Shown one piece after another: positions 38,707 through 47,710 of a DNA stretch of 64,000 nucleotides. The stretch spans positions 25,661-89,660 of the forward strand of contig JAZAMN010000032.1 of the NCBI GenBank assembly GCA_036229005.1, read 5' to 3'. Position 1 is the stretch's first letter. Each line of letters opens with the position of its first letter. The notes below the pieces were generated by a model, which made no database searches, had not been told where the DNA came from, and was given only the letters and a program-made list of their open reading frames with translations. Position numbers and translations under genes: made by a program. The DNA is from Myxococcota bacterium. GTDB lineage: Bacteria; Myxococcota_A; UBA796; CAJQPC01.

Positions 38707-39822
38707 ATGGAGTTCTCGCTTATCCGTGAGCGCGCCGACAACGAGGCGCGGGTCGCTCTGACCCCCGTCGGCGTGCGCGTGCTGGTCGAGGATGATCACG
38801 ACGTGGTCGTGGAGAGCGGCGCCGGAGAGGCCGCCGGCTTCTCGGACGACGACTACAAGGCCGTGGGCGCCCAGATCGCCTTCTCGGCCTTCGAGGCGGC
38901 CCGCGCCGGCGAGGTGCTGGTCAAGGTGCGCGCCCCCCGCCCCGACGAGCTGGACCTGATCACACCCGACAGCACCCTGCTCTGCTTCATGCATCTGGCG
39001 GGGGATCCCCACGGGCTGCTGCAGCGCCTGACCGGCTCGGGCTCCACTGGCGTCGCCCTGGAGCTGATCGAGCGCAACGGGCGCCGCCCGGTGATGGACC
39101 CCCTGTCCGCGATCGGCGGTCGCCTGGCCATCACCATGGTGCAGCACCACCTGACCCGACTGGGCGGCGGCCCCGGGCAGCTCATCAGCGGCAGCCCCGG
39201 CGTGCCCCCCGTCCGCATCTGCGTGGTCGGCGGCGGTCAGGCCGGGCTGGCGGCGGCCCAGGCTGCCCAGGCCATGGGCGCCGAGGTCGCCATCCTCGAG
39301 GTGGACCCCGGCCGCCTGATGGAGCTTCACGAGCGCCTGCGCGGCGTGGTGACCGTGGGCGCGACCCGCTGGAACCTGGCCAAGTACATGGGCTGGGCGG
39401 ACGTGGTGATCGGCGCCGTGGCCCGCCGCGGGCTGCCCACACCCAAGGTGCTCACCCGCAACCTGGTGCGCAGCATGAGCCCCGGCAACCTGCTGGTGGA
39501 TCTGAGCATCGACGAGGGCGGCTGCGCCGAGACCTCGCGCCCCTCCAGCGTGGATGAGCCCGTCTACGAGGCCGAGGGCGTGCGCCACCTGTGCATCCCC
39601 AACCTGCCCAGCCTGGTGGCCCGCTCGGCCTCCGAGTCGCTGTCCATCGGCATCACCCCCCTGTGTCAGGCCCTGGGCCGCGGGATGCGCCAGGCGGTGC
39701 AGCGCGCCCCCGAGCTGATCGCCGCGACCCAGGTGTTCGAGGGCGAGCTCTGCTGCGACCGCGTGGCCCTGGAGCAGGGCGTGCGCGCCCAGTCTCTCAC
39801 CGAGCTGCTGGGGCTGGGCTGA
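38707..39822 (+). CDS. ald: Alanine dehydrogenase (divergent)
   Basis: NEARVALTP, VESGAG..AGFSD..Y, VKV, SID.GGC.ET, C.PNLP. Confidence 0.8.
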   Translation: MEFSLIRERADNEARVALTPVGVRVLVEDDHDVVVESGAGEAAGFSDDDYKAVGAQIAFSAFEAARAGEVLVKVRAPRPDELDLITPDSTLLCFMHLAGDPHGLLQRLTGSGSTGVALELIERNGRRPVMDPLSAIGGRLAITMVQHHLTRLGGGPGQLISGSPGVPPVRICVVGGGQAGLAAAQAAQAMGAEVAILEVDPGRLMELHERLRGVVTVGATRWNLAKYMGWADVVIGAVARRGLPTPKVLTRNLVRSMSPGNLLVDLSIDEGGCAETSRPSSVDEPVYEAEGVRHLCIPNLPSLVARSASESLSIGITPLCQALGRGMRQAVQRAPELIAATQVFEGELCCDRVALEQGVRAQSLTELLGLG

Positions 39823-39859
39823 GCGACGGGCTAACCTCCGGCCAACGCCGAGGTTCCCC

Positions 39860-40573
39860 ATGCTCCTGCTCCTGATCGCCTGCCACAAGCCCGCCCCCGA
39901 GACCCCCAAGGTCGACGCCGTCGTGGCGCCCCCCACCGAGGACGCCCCGGCCGAGAAGCCCGCCCCCGAGCTGGGCCCCCCCGTCTCCCTCCCCGAGTTC
40001 CCCCCCGCCGGCGAGGCCCCCGCCATGTGCCCCGACGGACGCGGCGCCGTGGCCTTCTGGGTGGGCGAGTACCCCGAGCCCGTGATCGATCTCGGCGCCC
40101 CCGTCACCCTCCAGGGCCGCACCCACCCCTGCGTGGCCGACGCCATCGTGCGCTGCGAGGTGCCCGCCGGCGTCGTCCACCCCTGGTGGAGGGACAACGC
40201 GGCCGTCACCGGCTTCGCCACCGTGCAGCCCATCGCCCGCTACAAGGTCACCCAGACCCACAGCTCCGAGATCGCCGGGAACGGGGCCGGAGGCGAGCTG
40301 GCCGTGGGCACCGAGATCAGCGTCCTCACCTACCTGGCCGAGGGCTACTGCCGCATGCAGGTGGGCCAAGGCCCCATCTTCGAGGCCACCTGTCCCATGG
40401 TCGCCTCCCAGGACTTCGAGGAGCTGCCCGCCAAGGGCGAGACCCTGCAGCTCGTGCAGGTCCAGTGCGTGGGCGGCGGCAGCGCCTGGATCCACGACAA
40501 GGCCCTGGTCTCCGCCCCCGGAGCGCGCCCCGGTCAGATGCTGGGCTACGGCGAGGTCGGCCCCGCGCTGTGA
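39860..40573 (+). CDS. Hypothetical lipoprotein
   Basis: MLLLLIAC; Pro-rich linker. Confidence 0.65.
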   Translation: MLLLLIACHKPAPETPKVDAVVAPPTEDAPAEKPAPELGPPVSLPEFPPAGEAPAMCPDGRGAVAFWVGEYPEPVIDLGAPVTLQGRTHPCVADAIVRCEVPAGVVHPWWRDNAAVTGFATVQPIARYKVTQTHSSEIAGNGAGGELAVGTEISVLTYLAEGYCRMQVGQGPIFEATCPMVASQDFEELPAKGETLQLVQVQCVGGGSAWIHDKALVSAPGARPGQMLGYGEVGPAL

Positions 40574-40605
40574 TCCCGAACTTGTGATCCCGAGTTGTGA
40601 TCCCG
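40569..40605. repeat. Three direct copies of TGTGATCCCG
   Basis: Copies at 40569, 40583 and 40596. Confidence 0.7.
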
Positions 40606-40708
40606 CGCTGGGAGTCAGCGCCCTGGTGACCTCGCCTGCGACCATGTGTCGCTGCGACGTGTGCGAAAGCGCCCGATTAGAGGGGTGCAGAACCCCTGTG
40701 AGGCCACC

Positions 40709-41188
40709 ATGCTCTTGCTCCTCTCCCTGCTGACCGCCTGCGGAGACGCCCCCCAGGCCGCGCCGGAGGCCTCTGCCTTGGAGCCCGCCCAGGACAAGAC
40801 CGCCCCCGGCCTGGCCCAGGAGCTGGTGGTCCAGGAGCCGCGGATCCGCATGATGCCCCCCGGCGCGCCCAACACCGGCGCCTTCATGACCCTCAAGAAC
40901 CCCGGCCCGGACAGCGCTCTGGTGGCGGCCCACGCGGACATCAGCCGGGCGGTGGAGCTGCACACCCACGTGAGCGAGGGCGGCGTGATGCGCATGCGGC
41001 AGGTGCCCGAGATCTCCCTTCCCAGCGGCGAACCCGTGGTGCTGGAGCCCGGCGGGCTTCACGTCATGTTCATCGGCCTGAAGGCACCCTTGAGCGAGGG
41101 CCAGCAGGTCCCGGTGCGCCTGGAGCTGGCGGATGGCTCCAGCGTCGAGGTGATCATCCCCGTCCGCAAGATCGAGGTCGGCCATTAG
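40709..41188 (+). CDS. Copper chaperone PCu(A)C
   Basis: GAFM.L.N, VELHTH...GVMRMR, L.PGGLHVM. Confidence 0.9.
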   Translation: MLLLLSLLTACGDAPQAAPEASALEPAQDKTAPGLAQELVVQEPRIRMMPPGAPNTGAFMTLKNPGPDSALVAAHADISRAVELHTHVSEGGVMRMRQVPEISLPSGEPVVLEPGGLHVMFIGLKAPLSEGQQVPVRLELADGSSVEVIIPVRKIEVGH

Positions 41189-41258
41189 CCAGGCCCCCGC
41201 CAGCCCCCCGGACACCTGGTCCGCGTTCGAGGTCCTCAAGTACAGCCTGTGGGCCGCG

Positions 41259-41672
41259 GTGGCCTTGCTGGGCCTGAGCCTGGTGGCCTTCCCGGACCTG
41301 GTCTCGCGCTTCCGCCAGCGGGTCAACCCCTACGCCGCGATGCCTCCGGAGTGCGACCTGGGCAGCGGCGCGTGCACCGCCACCTTCCCCGACGGCCAGG
41401 AGGTCGTGCTCCGCGTCAGCCCCCAGAGCCTGCGCCACCAGGACCCCCTCACCCTCACCGTCCAGGTCGAGGGCCGCGCCCAACCGCAGAGCGTCGAGCT
41501 CCAGGGCGCCGACATGCCCATGGGCCTGGTCAAGCTGCCCCTGAACGCCGACCACGACCTGTGGAGCGCCACCGGCCACCTGCCCGCCTGCAGCACCGAG
41601 CGCATGCAGTGGCGGGCCGACGTGATCCTGGACGACCGCGTGGCAGGATTCACCTTCTGGAGCGTGCGCTGA
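41259..41672 (+). CDS. Hypothetical membrane-anchored protein of the SCO/PCuAC operon (start may lie upstream)
   Basis: TM segment, CDL..G.C, G.DMPMG, LPAC....MQW. Confidence 0.7.
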   Translation: MALLGLSLVAFPDLVSRFRQRVNPYAAMPPECDLGSGACTATFPDGQEVVLRVSPQSLRHQDPLTLTVQVEGRAQPQSVELQGADMPMGLVKLPLNADHDLWSATGHLPACSTERMQWRADVILDDRVAGFTFWSVR

Positions 41673-41673
41673 G

Positions 41674-42282
41674 ATGGCCAGCCCGGTCGCCAAGACCCTG
41701 CAGATCCTGATCCCCCTGGGCCTCCTCCTGGGCGGCGGCGTGACCCTGTGGACCCGGAGCGCGCCCCCCGAGCGCCCCGCGATGGTCGACCCCGCCGAGA
41801 ACGCCACCTACGGCGAGCTCTACGTGGACAGCGACCAGGGGCCTCTGCGGCTCTCGGATCTCAGAGGTCAGGTGGTGCTCGTCTACTTTGGGTACACCGC
41901 TTGCCCCGACATCTGCCCCACCACTCTGGCGACCACCGCGGCCGCAGTCGAGGAGCTACCGCCCGAGCAGGCCACCCAGGTCACGGCGATGTTCGTGAGC
42001 GTCGACCCCAAGCGGGACACACCCGCGCTGCTGGGGGACTACGCCCGCTACTTCAACCCCCGCTTTGTCGCCGGCACCGCCGAGCCCGCCGCCATCTCCG
42101 AGATGGCCGCCGACTGGGGCGTGGCCTTCGCCGAGAGCCGCGTGGGCGACGGCGCCATGGAGTACACCGTGGACCACAGCACCAGCAGCTACCTGGTCGA
42201 CAAGCAGGGCCAGATGGTGCGCGTGGTGCCCCACGGGACGTCGCCGGCGGTGCTCGCGGGGTGGATGCGGGAGCTGCTCTAG
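41674..42282 (+). CDS. SCO-family copper-binding protein
   Basis: FGYT.CPDICP, VSVDP.RD, Y.VDHS. Confidence 0.93.
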   Translation: MASPVAKTLQILIPLGLLLGGGVTLWTRSAPPERPAMVDPAENATYGELYVDSDQGPLRLSDLRGQVVLVYFGYTACPDICPTTLATTAAAVEELPPEQATQVTAMFVSVDPKRDTPALLGDYARYFNPRFVAGTAEPAAISEMAADWGVAFAESRVGDGAMEYTVDHSTSSYLVDKQGQMVRVVPHGTSPAVLAGWMRELL

Positions 42283-44129
42283 GGGCTCAGCTCGGCAAGC
42301 TGAGCCATCAGCGTATCGTTCGCGCCCCAGGCCTCAAGTAGCGCGCCCCAGGAAGGGCTCTTTGACGCGGCCTGCCTCCATGGCCACCGCTCGCTCAGGA
42401 GATCGTTGTATTTGTCGTGGATGGGGCATCGGTCCTTTGGCTTGAGGAGGTGGTCCAGTCCACCCTTCGGGTCCGCGTTCTCTTCCAGCCAAACCAACGC
42501 CAGCTTCGCGGTCGGCTGACGGGCAGCGAGCTCCGCGACCGCCTTTTTGTTCAAGTAGAGCCAGGCCTCCAAGCTGTAGTGCGGCACCATCAGGAGAACC
42601 TTTGCGCGCTCCCTCGGCTCCAGCTTTGCGAAGAGCTGCTTCTCAACAACATCAAGCACGGGCGGCAAGCCACCCCAAGGAACGTCCGCATCCAGGTGGA
42701 ACACCACCCATTGCCCTGTTGCGATGCGGGTCTTCAAGTCCCGTAGAAGCGCCTTGCGGACAGCACCCGCCCGCTTCCCCCTCCAGGCCTGCGCTTCACA
42801 AGCCCTCACCACTTGCTTGTCCTGACTCGACTCACCGCCGATCTCGTGGGTCCGAAGATTCGGCTCAAGGCACTGCATCGCCCGCTTGGCCAGGTTCCGG
42901 CTCGCCCCCGCCGACTTGGGCTTGTCTTCGCTGTAGAGGACGAAGCGGCCTCTACTTCTCAGCACCTCGCTGAGGTTCTGGATTCCGACGTCCCAGGCGT
43001 CCCAGACGTCACCGGCTTCTTCCTCCGTGGGGTTGCGCCAAGTCCACCGTCTCCGCCCCTCGTGCATCCCGACCCGGCAGAACAGGAAGGAGCCTTTCGT
43101 GTCCTGCCTCTTTGCCAGTCCAACAAAGTCTGGCAGCAGGGGATTCTGAACGGCGTGGAATGCCTGAACACCATCCAGGTAGTCCACGATGTCCTGCACC
43201 CAGTCTGCGTGGAGTCCATTTGTGAGTTCATCTGTGAACACCGGGACTCCGTCCGTCAGGCTCATGTACCAGAAGAACGCCAGGACCCGTCGCTGACCGA
43301 AGGAGAGCTGGGTGTGGGCGTGAGCGTAGCCCCCGGGCCACACCACTTCGGCGTCAACGCCCCGCCAGCTACCACCGTCAGGGGAGCGAGACTCCCTGCG
43401 AAGCTTGAGGATGATCTTCTCGGCTTCCAGGGTCTCAGCGGCCTTGTCCAGCCAAAGGGGTGCCGCTTCTCCCGACACCAAGGCTGGGTCTTCCTCATTG
43501 AGGGCACGCAGCACCAAGAGAGGCATCACCCAGCTGGACTCCGACGCGTTCTTGTCTACGACCACGGAGGCGAAGCTGTTTGAGCCGAATACCGCGTCGT
43601 AGATCCCCAGTGCCTCGTCCATTGGGCGGCTGCCTACGATTCGAACCAACCGTTCCAGCAACGCCGCACTGCTCTCGCCTTGGTTCCCCATGGCGTAGGT
43701 CAAGACCGTGAAGAACCCCGGGTCAAAGACACTGGGAAGCGGGAGAGTGTCATCAAGCTTCCAGCCCCAAGTCGTCGGCTTGGTCCGGGACTGGAGCTCC
43801 CAACCAAGCGCTCCCGTGTCCTTCCGTTGGCCGTTCTGGGCGCTCAAACGCCAGCTCTCCTTCTCCCCCGGCTGATAGAAGAACTCGAAGCTCCAAACCT
43901 GCTCCATGCCTCTCAGGGAAAGAACCAACTCCCACCGAACATCAACCGCCTCCCTCCCTGCCTTGAAAGGCGCGAAGTCCAGGGCCGTCAGCCGCCGAAG
44001 CAGCTCCAGCAGGGTGCTCTTTCCCGTGCCGTTCTTGCCCAGCAGAAAGACAGGTCCGTCCCCGAACTCCAGCGACGTGGGCTCAAGGCTCTGATACTTC
44101 TTGATCTCAACGCACTTGAGCCGCAGCAA
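42279..44129 (-). CDS. ABC/AAA_21-type ATPase fused to a TOPRIM-like domain (OLD-like; candidate defence gene)
   Basis: GKNGTGKS, LSFGQRR, FTDELTNGLH; C-terminal LYSED...FHLDAD...PHYSLEAW; visibly less GC-biased than its flanks. Confidence 0.7.
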   Translation of the reverse strand: MLRLKCVEIKKYQSLEPTSLEFGDGPVFLLGKNGTGKSTLLELLRRLTALDFAPFKAGREAVDVRWELVLSLRGMEQVWSFEFFYQPGEKESWRLSAQNGQRKDTGALGWELQSRTKPTTWGWKLDDTLPLPSVFDPGFFTVLTYAMGNQGESSAALLERLVRIVGSRPMDEALGIYDAVFGSNSFASVVVDKNASESSWVMPLLVLRALNEEDPALVSGEAAPLWLDKAAETLEAEKIILKLRRESRSPDGGSWRGVDAEVVWPGGYAHAHTQLSFGQRRVLAFFWYMSLTDGVPVFTDELTNGLHADWVQDIVDYLDGVQAFHAVQNPLLPDFVGLAKRQDTKGSFLFCRVGMHEGRRRWTWRNPTEEEAGDVWDAWDVGIQNLSEVLRSRGRFVLYSEDKPKSAGASRNLAKRAMQCLEPNLRTHEIGGESSQDKQVVRACEAQAWRGKRAGAVRKALLRDLKTRIATGQWVVFHLDADVPWGGLPPVLDVVEKQLFAKLEPRERAKVLLMVPHYSLEAWLYLNKKAVAELAARQPTAKLALVWLEENADPKGGLDHLLKPKDRCPIHDKYNDLLSERWPWRQAASKSPSWGALLEAWGANDTLMAQLAELSP

Positions 44130-44147
44130 GGGGCCTCCCCTGACAGT

Positions 44148-45542
44148 CTAACGCCTCCGCCGCAGCAACACCCCACCCAGCGCCAGCACCCACAGCCCGC
44201 CCAGACCGCCGCCGCCAGCGCAGCCACCGCAGCCGCCCGGGTCCTCGGAGATCCCGGTGTCGCCCGTGTCGCCGGTGTCCACCAGTTCGCAGTCGGCGAC
44301 CTGGTCCGGGGTGCCCAGGCAGACGCGCACCTTGATCGAGCCGTCGTTCAGCGCGTCCTGCGCGCCCCAGAGCCAGTAGCCACCCGCGGGCAGCTCCCCC
44401 AGGGACTGCGAGTCCCCCCGCCAGGTCATCAGGACCTCGTCGACCGGGCCGTCCTCGGCGCCGTCGGCCACAGAGTGCAGGCCGAACACCAGCTCCGGCG
44501 TGGACGCTTCGATCGCGAAGGCCAGCTCGCCGCCGCCGTGGTCGATGCGCCAGTAGGTGGTCGCCAGGGGCTGGAAGCGGTGGTCGTCGTCCACCATCTC
44601 GCCCTCGCCCTCGGCCTCGATGGGGCCGATGCGCTTGGCGTATCCGTAGCCCTCCAGCGCGCCGGAGCGGGAGTCGGTGGCCAGGTTCCACTGCGAGAAG
44701 CTCTGCCACAGAGGCGCGATCTCCCAGCCGCGCGCGTCAAAGAGCGCGAGCATGACCTCCACCTCGTCCAGGGGGTCCGCGCTGGGGCGCTCCATGTCGG
44801 TGAGCAGCTCCTCCACCCAGAGCGCGTCCTCCTGCACCGTGCCCACGTGGTCGAACCACAGCGCCGTCCCGTAGGACCACGCCGACGCCGGCCCGGTGGG
44901 CGCCTGGAAGATGGGCCGCTGGGTGTCGTCCAGGTAGCCGTCCGCCAGCCGCATGTAGTCGCTGGACGCAGGGTCCCACTGCAGCTCGGCCCAGGTCGCC
45001 GTGCCCTCGGACATCCACACCGGGAGCTCGGCCTCATACGCCGCCTGCACCCCGTGGAAGAGCTCGTGGGGCACCACGACCTCCAGGCCCTGCCGCACCG
45101 AGCTGTAGCCGCTGCCCGCGAAGTCGTTCTCCACGATCATGTGCCCCGCACAGTGCGCCGGCACCTGTGAGCAGGCGTCCACCTGGAAGGTCCCATCCGC
45201 GCCGCCGCCAAAGTCCACCAGGTAGAAGTCGAACGCCGGCGAGCCCCCCAGGTGCTCCACCCCAAAGTCGGCCTCGGGCACGGGGGGGCGGAAGCCCAGC
45301 TCCTCGAAGAGCACCAGCGCCTCTTCGGCGATCTCCGCGGTGTCCTCGACGATGTCAGGGATCCCGTCCCCGTCCGTGTCCCGAGATGCCGCTTCGTTGG
45401 GCCCAGAGCTGCTCCAGGTCACCCGAACCCGACCTCCCTCGCTGTCATATTGCTCGATGACATCGGAGCTGTCGAAGGCCCACAGCCCGCTGCCCGAGGT
45501 GGGGCGCGCGGCCTGGGCGACCGGAAGCAGCAGCAACCACAT
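44148..45542 (-). CDS. MXAN_6640-like putative metalloprotease with MYXO-CTERM-like tail
   Basis: HELFHGVQ.AY, W..EGTATW; C-terminal GCGGC...LWVLALGGVLLRRRR. Confidence 0.8.
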   Translation of the reverse strand: MWLLLLPVAQAARPTSGSGLWAFDSSDVIEQYDSEGGRVRVTWSSSGPNEAASRDTDGDGIPDIVEDTAEIAEEALVLFEELGFRPPVPEADFGVEHLGGSPAFDFYLVDFGGGADGTFQVDACSQVPAHCAGHMIVENDFAGSGYSSVRQGLEVVVPHELFHGVQAAYEAELPVWMSEGTATWAELQWDPASSDYMRLADGYLDDTQRPIFQAPTGPASAWSYGTALWFDHVGTVQEDALWVEELLTDMERPSADPLDEVEVMLALFDARGWEIAPLWQSFSQWNLATDSRSGALEGYGYAKRIGPIEAEGEGEMVDDDHRFQPLATTYWRIDHGGGELAFAIEASTPELVFGLHSVADGAEDGPVDEVLMTWRGDSQSLGELPAGGYWLWGAQDALNDGSIKVRVCLGTPDQVADCELVDTGDTGDTGISEDPGGCGGCAGGGGLGGLWVLALGGVLLRRRR

Positions 45543-45545
45543 GGC

Positions 45546-46298
45546 CTACTCCAGCATCTGCCAGCGCATCGTGAAGATCGCCGAGTTCGTGCCCGCGGTG
45601 CCGCTCTCGTTGCAGGCCTCCTGGCCGCTCTCGTAGTAGGCCTCGACCACCAGCTTGAGCACGTGGCCGTCCTCGAGCTGGATGATGAAGGGGTTGCCCG
45701 TGGTCTTCACGCAGGACTCGTAGGACCACCAGGAGCCCATCGCGAGCTGGGGGCTGCCGGGCAGGCCGGAGGAGTCGTAGATCACCTCGCAGCTCCCGTC
45801 CATGTACTCGTCGTAGTAGTAGGTCGGGTCGCCGGGCTCGGTGATGTCGGCGTAGGCGGTCTCCAGCAGGGGCGCGGCGCCCACGCAGCTTGGGCCGGAG
45901 CTGCCCGAGTTGATGCGGATCTTGAAGCGGTGCAGCGCCATGTGCCACTCCATCGACTCCAGCGCCTCTTCGTCGTCGATGACCACCTTCTCCAGGCCGT
46001 CCGCGGTGAAGCGCACGTAGACCCAGGGGTTCTTGGAGCTGGCCTCGTAGCCGCCGGCGGTCGCGTCGATCGTGGACACGAAGTCGTCGCCGTCGGTGAC
46101 GGTGGAGATCTCGCCGTCCGACTCGGTGTCCTGCAGGCCCAGGCCCAGGATCAGCTCGTCCACGCACTCGACCTCAGCCAGCTCGGTGCAGACCGCCTCG
46201 GGGCCGGTCGCCGTGTCCGCGCTGTCTTCCGCCGCATCCTTGGTGCAACCCAAGGTCGCGAGCAGGGCGCCAAAAAGGGTAAGGGAGTGCAATGCCAT
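45546..46298 (-). CDS. HmuY-like lipoprotein
   Basis: IDATAGG, WVYV.F, W.MAL.R..IRINSG.SGP, KL.V..YY. Confidence 0.7.
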   Translation of the reverse strand: MALHSLTLFGALLATLGCTKDAAEDSADTATGPEAVCTELAEVECVDELILGLGLQDTESDGEISTVTDGDDFVSTIDATAGGYEASSKNPWVYVRFTADGLEKVVIDDEEALESMEWHMALHRFKIRINSGSSGPSCVGAAPLLETAYADITEPGDPTYYYDEYMDGSCEVIYDSSGLPGSPQLAMGSWWSYESCVKTTGNPFIIQLEDGHVLKLVVEAYYESGQEACNESGTAGTNSAIFTMRWQMLE

Positions 46299-47701
46299 CG
46301 CTGTCCATCCTTCTCGTTCAAGCTTCTCTCGCCGCTCCCCTGTCCCTGGACCAGGCCCCCACCCGCGCGGGATGGACCGAGTCCGGACAGCTCAAGTTGC
46401 GGTTCGAAGGGCACACCCTAACCGCCCGGAGCGCGGCCGTCGTCGTGATGGAGGAGGACGCGCAGCTCCCTGAGCCCTGGGCCCACCGCGCCGAATCCCT
46501 GGGCGGCCGCAGCTTCCTGATACCGGTTGGCCCCGGCGAGGACGCACTGAGCCTGTCCGAAGACCTGGCCGCGCAGCCCGGCGTCGCCAGCGCCCTGCCC
46601 GACCTGCTGCTCCCCCGCGTGAGCACCAGCGTGTCCTTTGACGACCCCGTCTACGACAGCCAGTGGTACCTGGAGCGCCTGGACGCCGAGCTGCTCTTTG
46701 AGCGCTCCCTGGGCGACCCCGCGCTCAAGGTGGCCGTGATCGACTCGGCCATCGAGATCCACCACGCCGACCTGGAGGGCGCCTGGACCGCTCCATACGA
46801 CGCCTTCGGTGACGACGAGGACCCCAGCCCCAACGACGGCGAGTACTGCTACGGCACCGCCACGGGGATCTGCGACAGCCACGGCACCTCGGTCTCCGGG
46901 ATCATCGCCGCCCGCGCCAACAACGGCACGGACATGGTGGGCCTCTGCGCCGAGTGCACCCTGATCCCCATCAAGATGCTGGGCGAAGGCAGCGGCGCCC
47001 TCAGCCGCGACATCGCGGCCTTCGAGCACGCCATCGCGCAGGACGCCGCGGTGATCAACAACTCCTGGGGCTACACCGAGTCCATCCCGGTGCCCGAGAC
47101 CCTGGCCCTGGTCATCGAGCGCGCGGCCACCGAGACCCGCGGCGGCCTGGGCTCCCTGGTGGTGTTCGCCGCCGGCAACGACGACCGCGAGATCCAGGAC
47201 GACGAGCTCCAGGCCCTGCCCACGGTGCTCTGCGTCAGCGCCACCGACAGCTACGGCTTCCCCACCAACTACACCAACGTGGGCGACTCCGTGGACATCG
47301 CCGCCCCCAGCGCCACCGTGACCATCGCGGCCGGCGGCGGCACCACCTCCAACTTCGGCGGCACCTCGGCCGCCGCCCCGGTGATCTCCGGCATCGCCGC
47401 CTGGGTGTTGGCCGAGCACCCCGAGCTCTCCGCCGACGAGCTGCACGAGCTGCTGATCTCCACCGCCCGGCCCTCCGACAAGGTCACCCACGACCCCGAG
47501 ACCGGCCACCACCCCACCTACGGCTACGGCATCGTCGACATCGAGGCCCTGCTCCTGGCCCTGGACCCCCAGGACACCGGCGACACCGGCCTGGGCGAGG
47601 GGTCGGGCTGCGCGGGCTGCAGCGGCCGCGCCGGCTCGGTGTCCTGGGTCTGGCTGCTGGGCCTGGGGGCCCTGGCCACCCTGCGCCGCCGCCGGGAGTA
47701 G
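46292..47701 (+). CDS. S8 subtilisin-like serine peptidase with MYXO-CTERM-like tail
   Basis: VAVIDS, HGTSVSG, AAGN, FGGTSAAAP; C-terminal GC..C + TM + RRRR. Confidence 0.9.
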   Translation: MPSLSILLVQASLAAPLSLDQAPTRAGWTESGQLKLRFEGHTLTARSAAVVVMEEDAQLPEPWAHRAESLGGRSFLIPVGPGEDALSLSEDLAAQPGVASALPDLLLPRVSTSVSFDDPVYDSQWYLERLDAELLFERSLGDPALKVAVIDSAIEIHHADLEGAWTAPYDAFGDDEDPSPNDGEYCYGTATGICDSHGTSVSGIIAARANNGTDMVGLCAECTLIPIKMLGEGSGALSRDIAAFEHAIAQDAAVINNSWGYTESIPVPETLALVIERAATETRGGLGSLVVFAAGNDDREIQDDELQALPTVLCVSATDSYGFPTNYTNVGDSVDIAAPSATVTIAAGGGTTSNFGGTSAAAPVISGIAAWVLAEHPELSADELHELLISTARPSDKVTHDPETGHHPTYGYGIVDIEALLLALDPQDTGDTGLGEGSGCAGCSGRAGSVSWVWLLGLGALATLRRRRE

Positions 47702-47710
47702 ACTCCGCCA

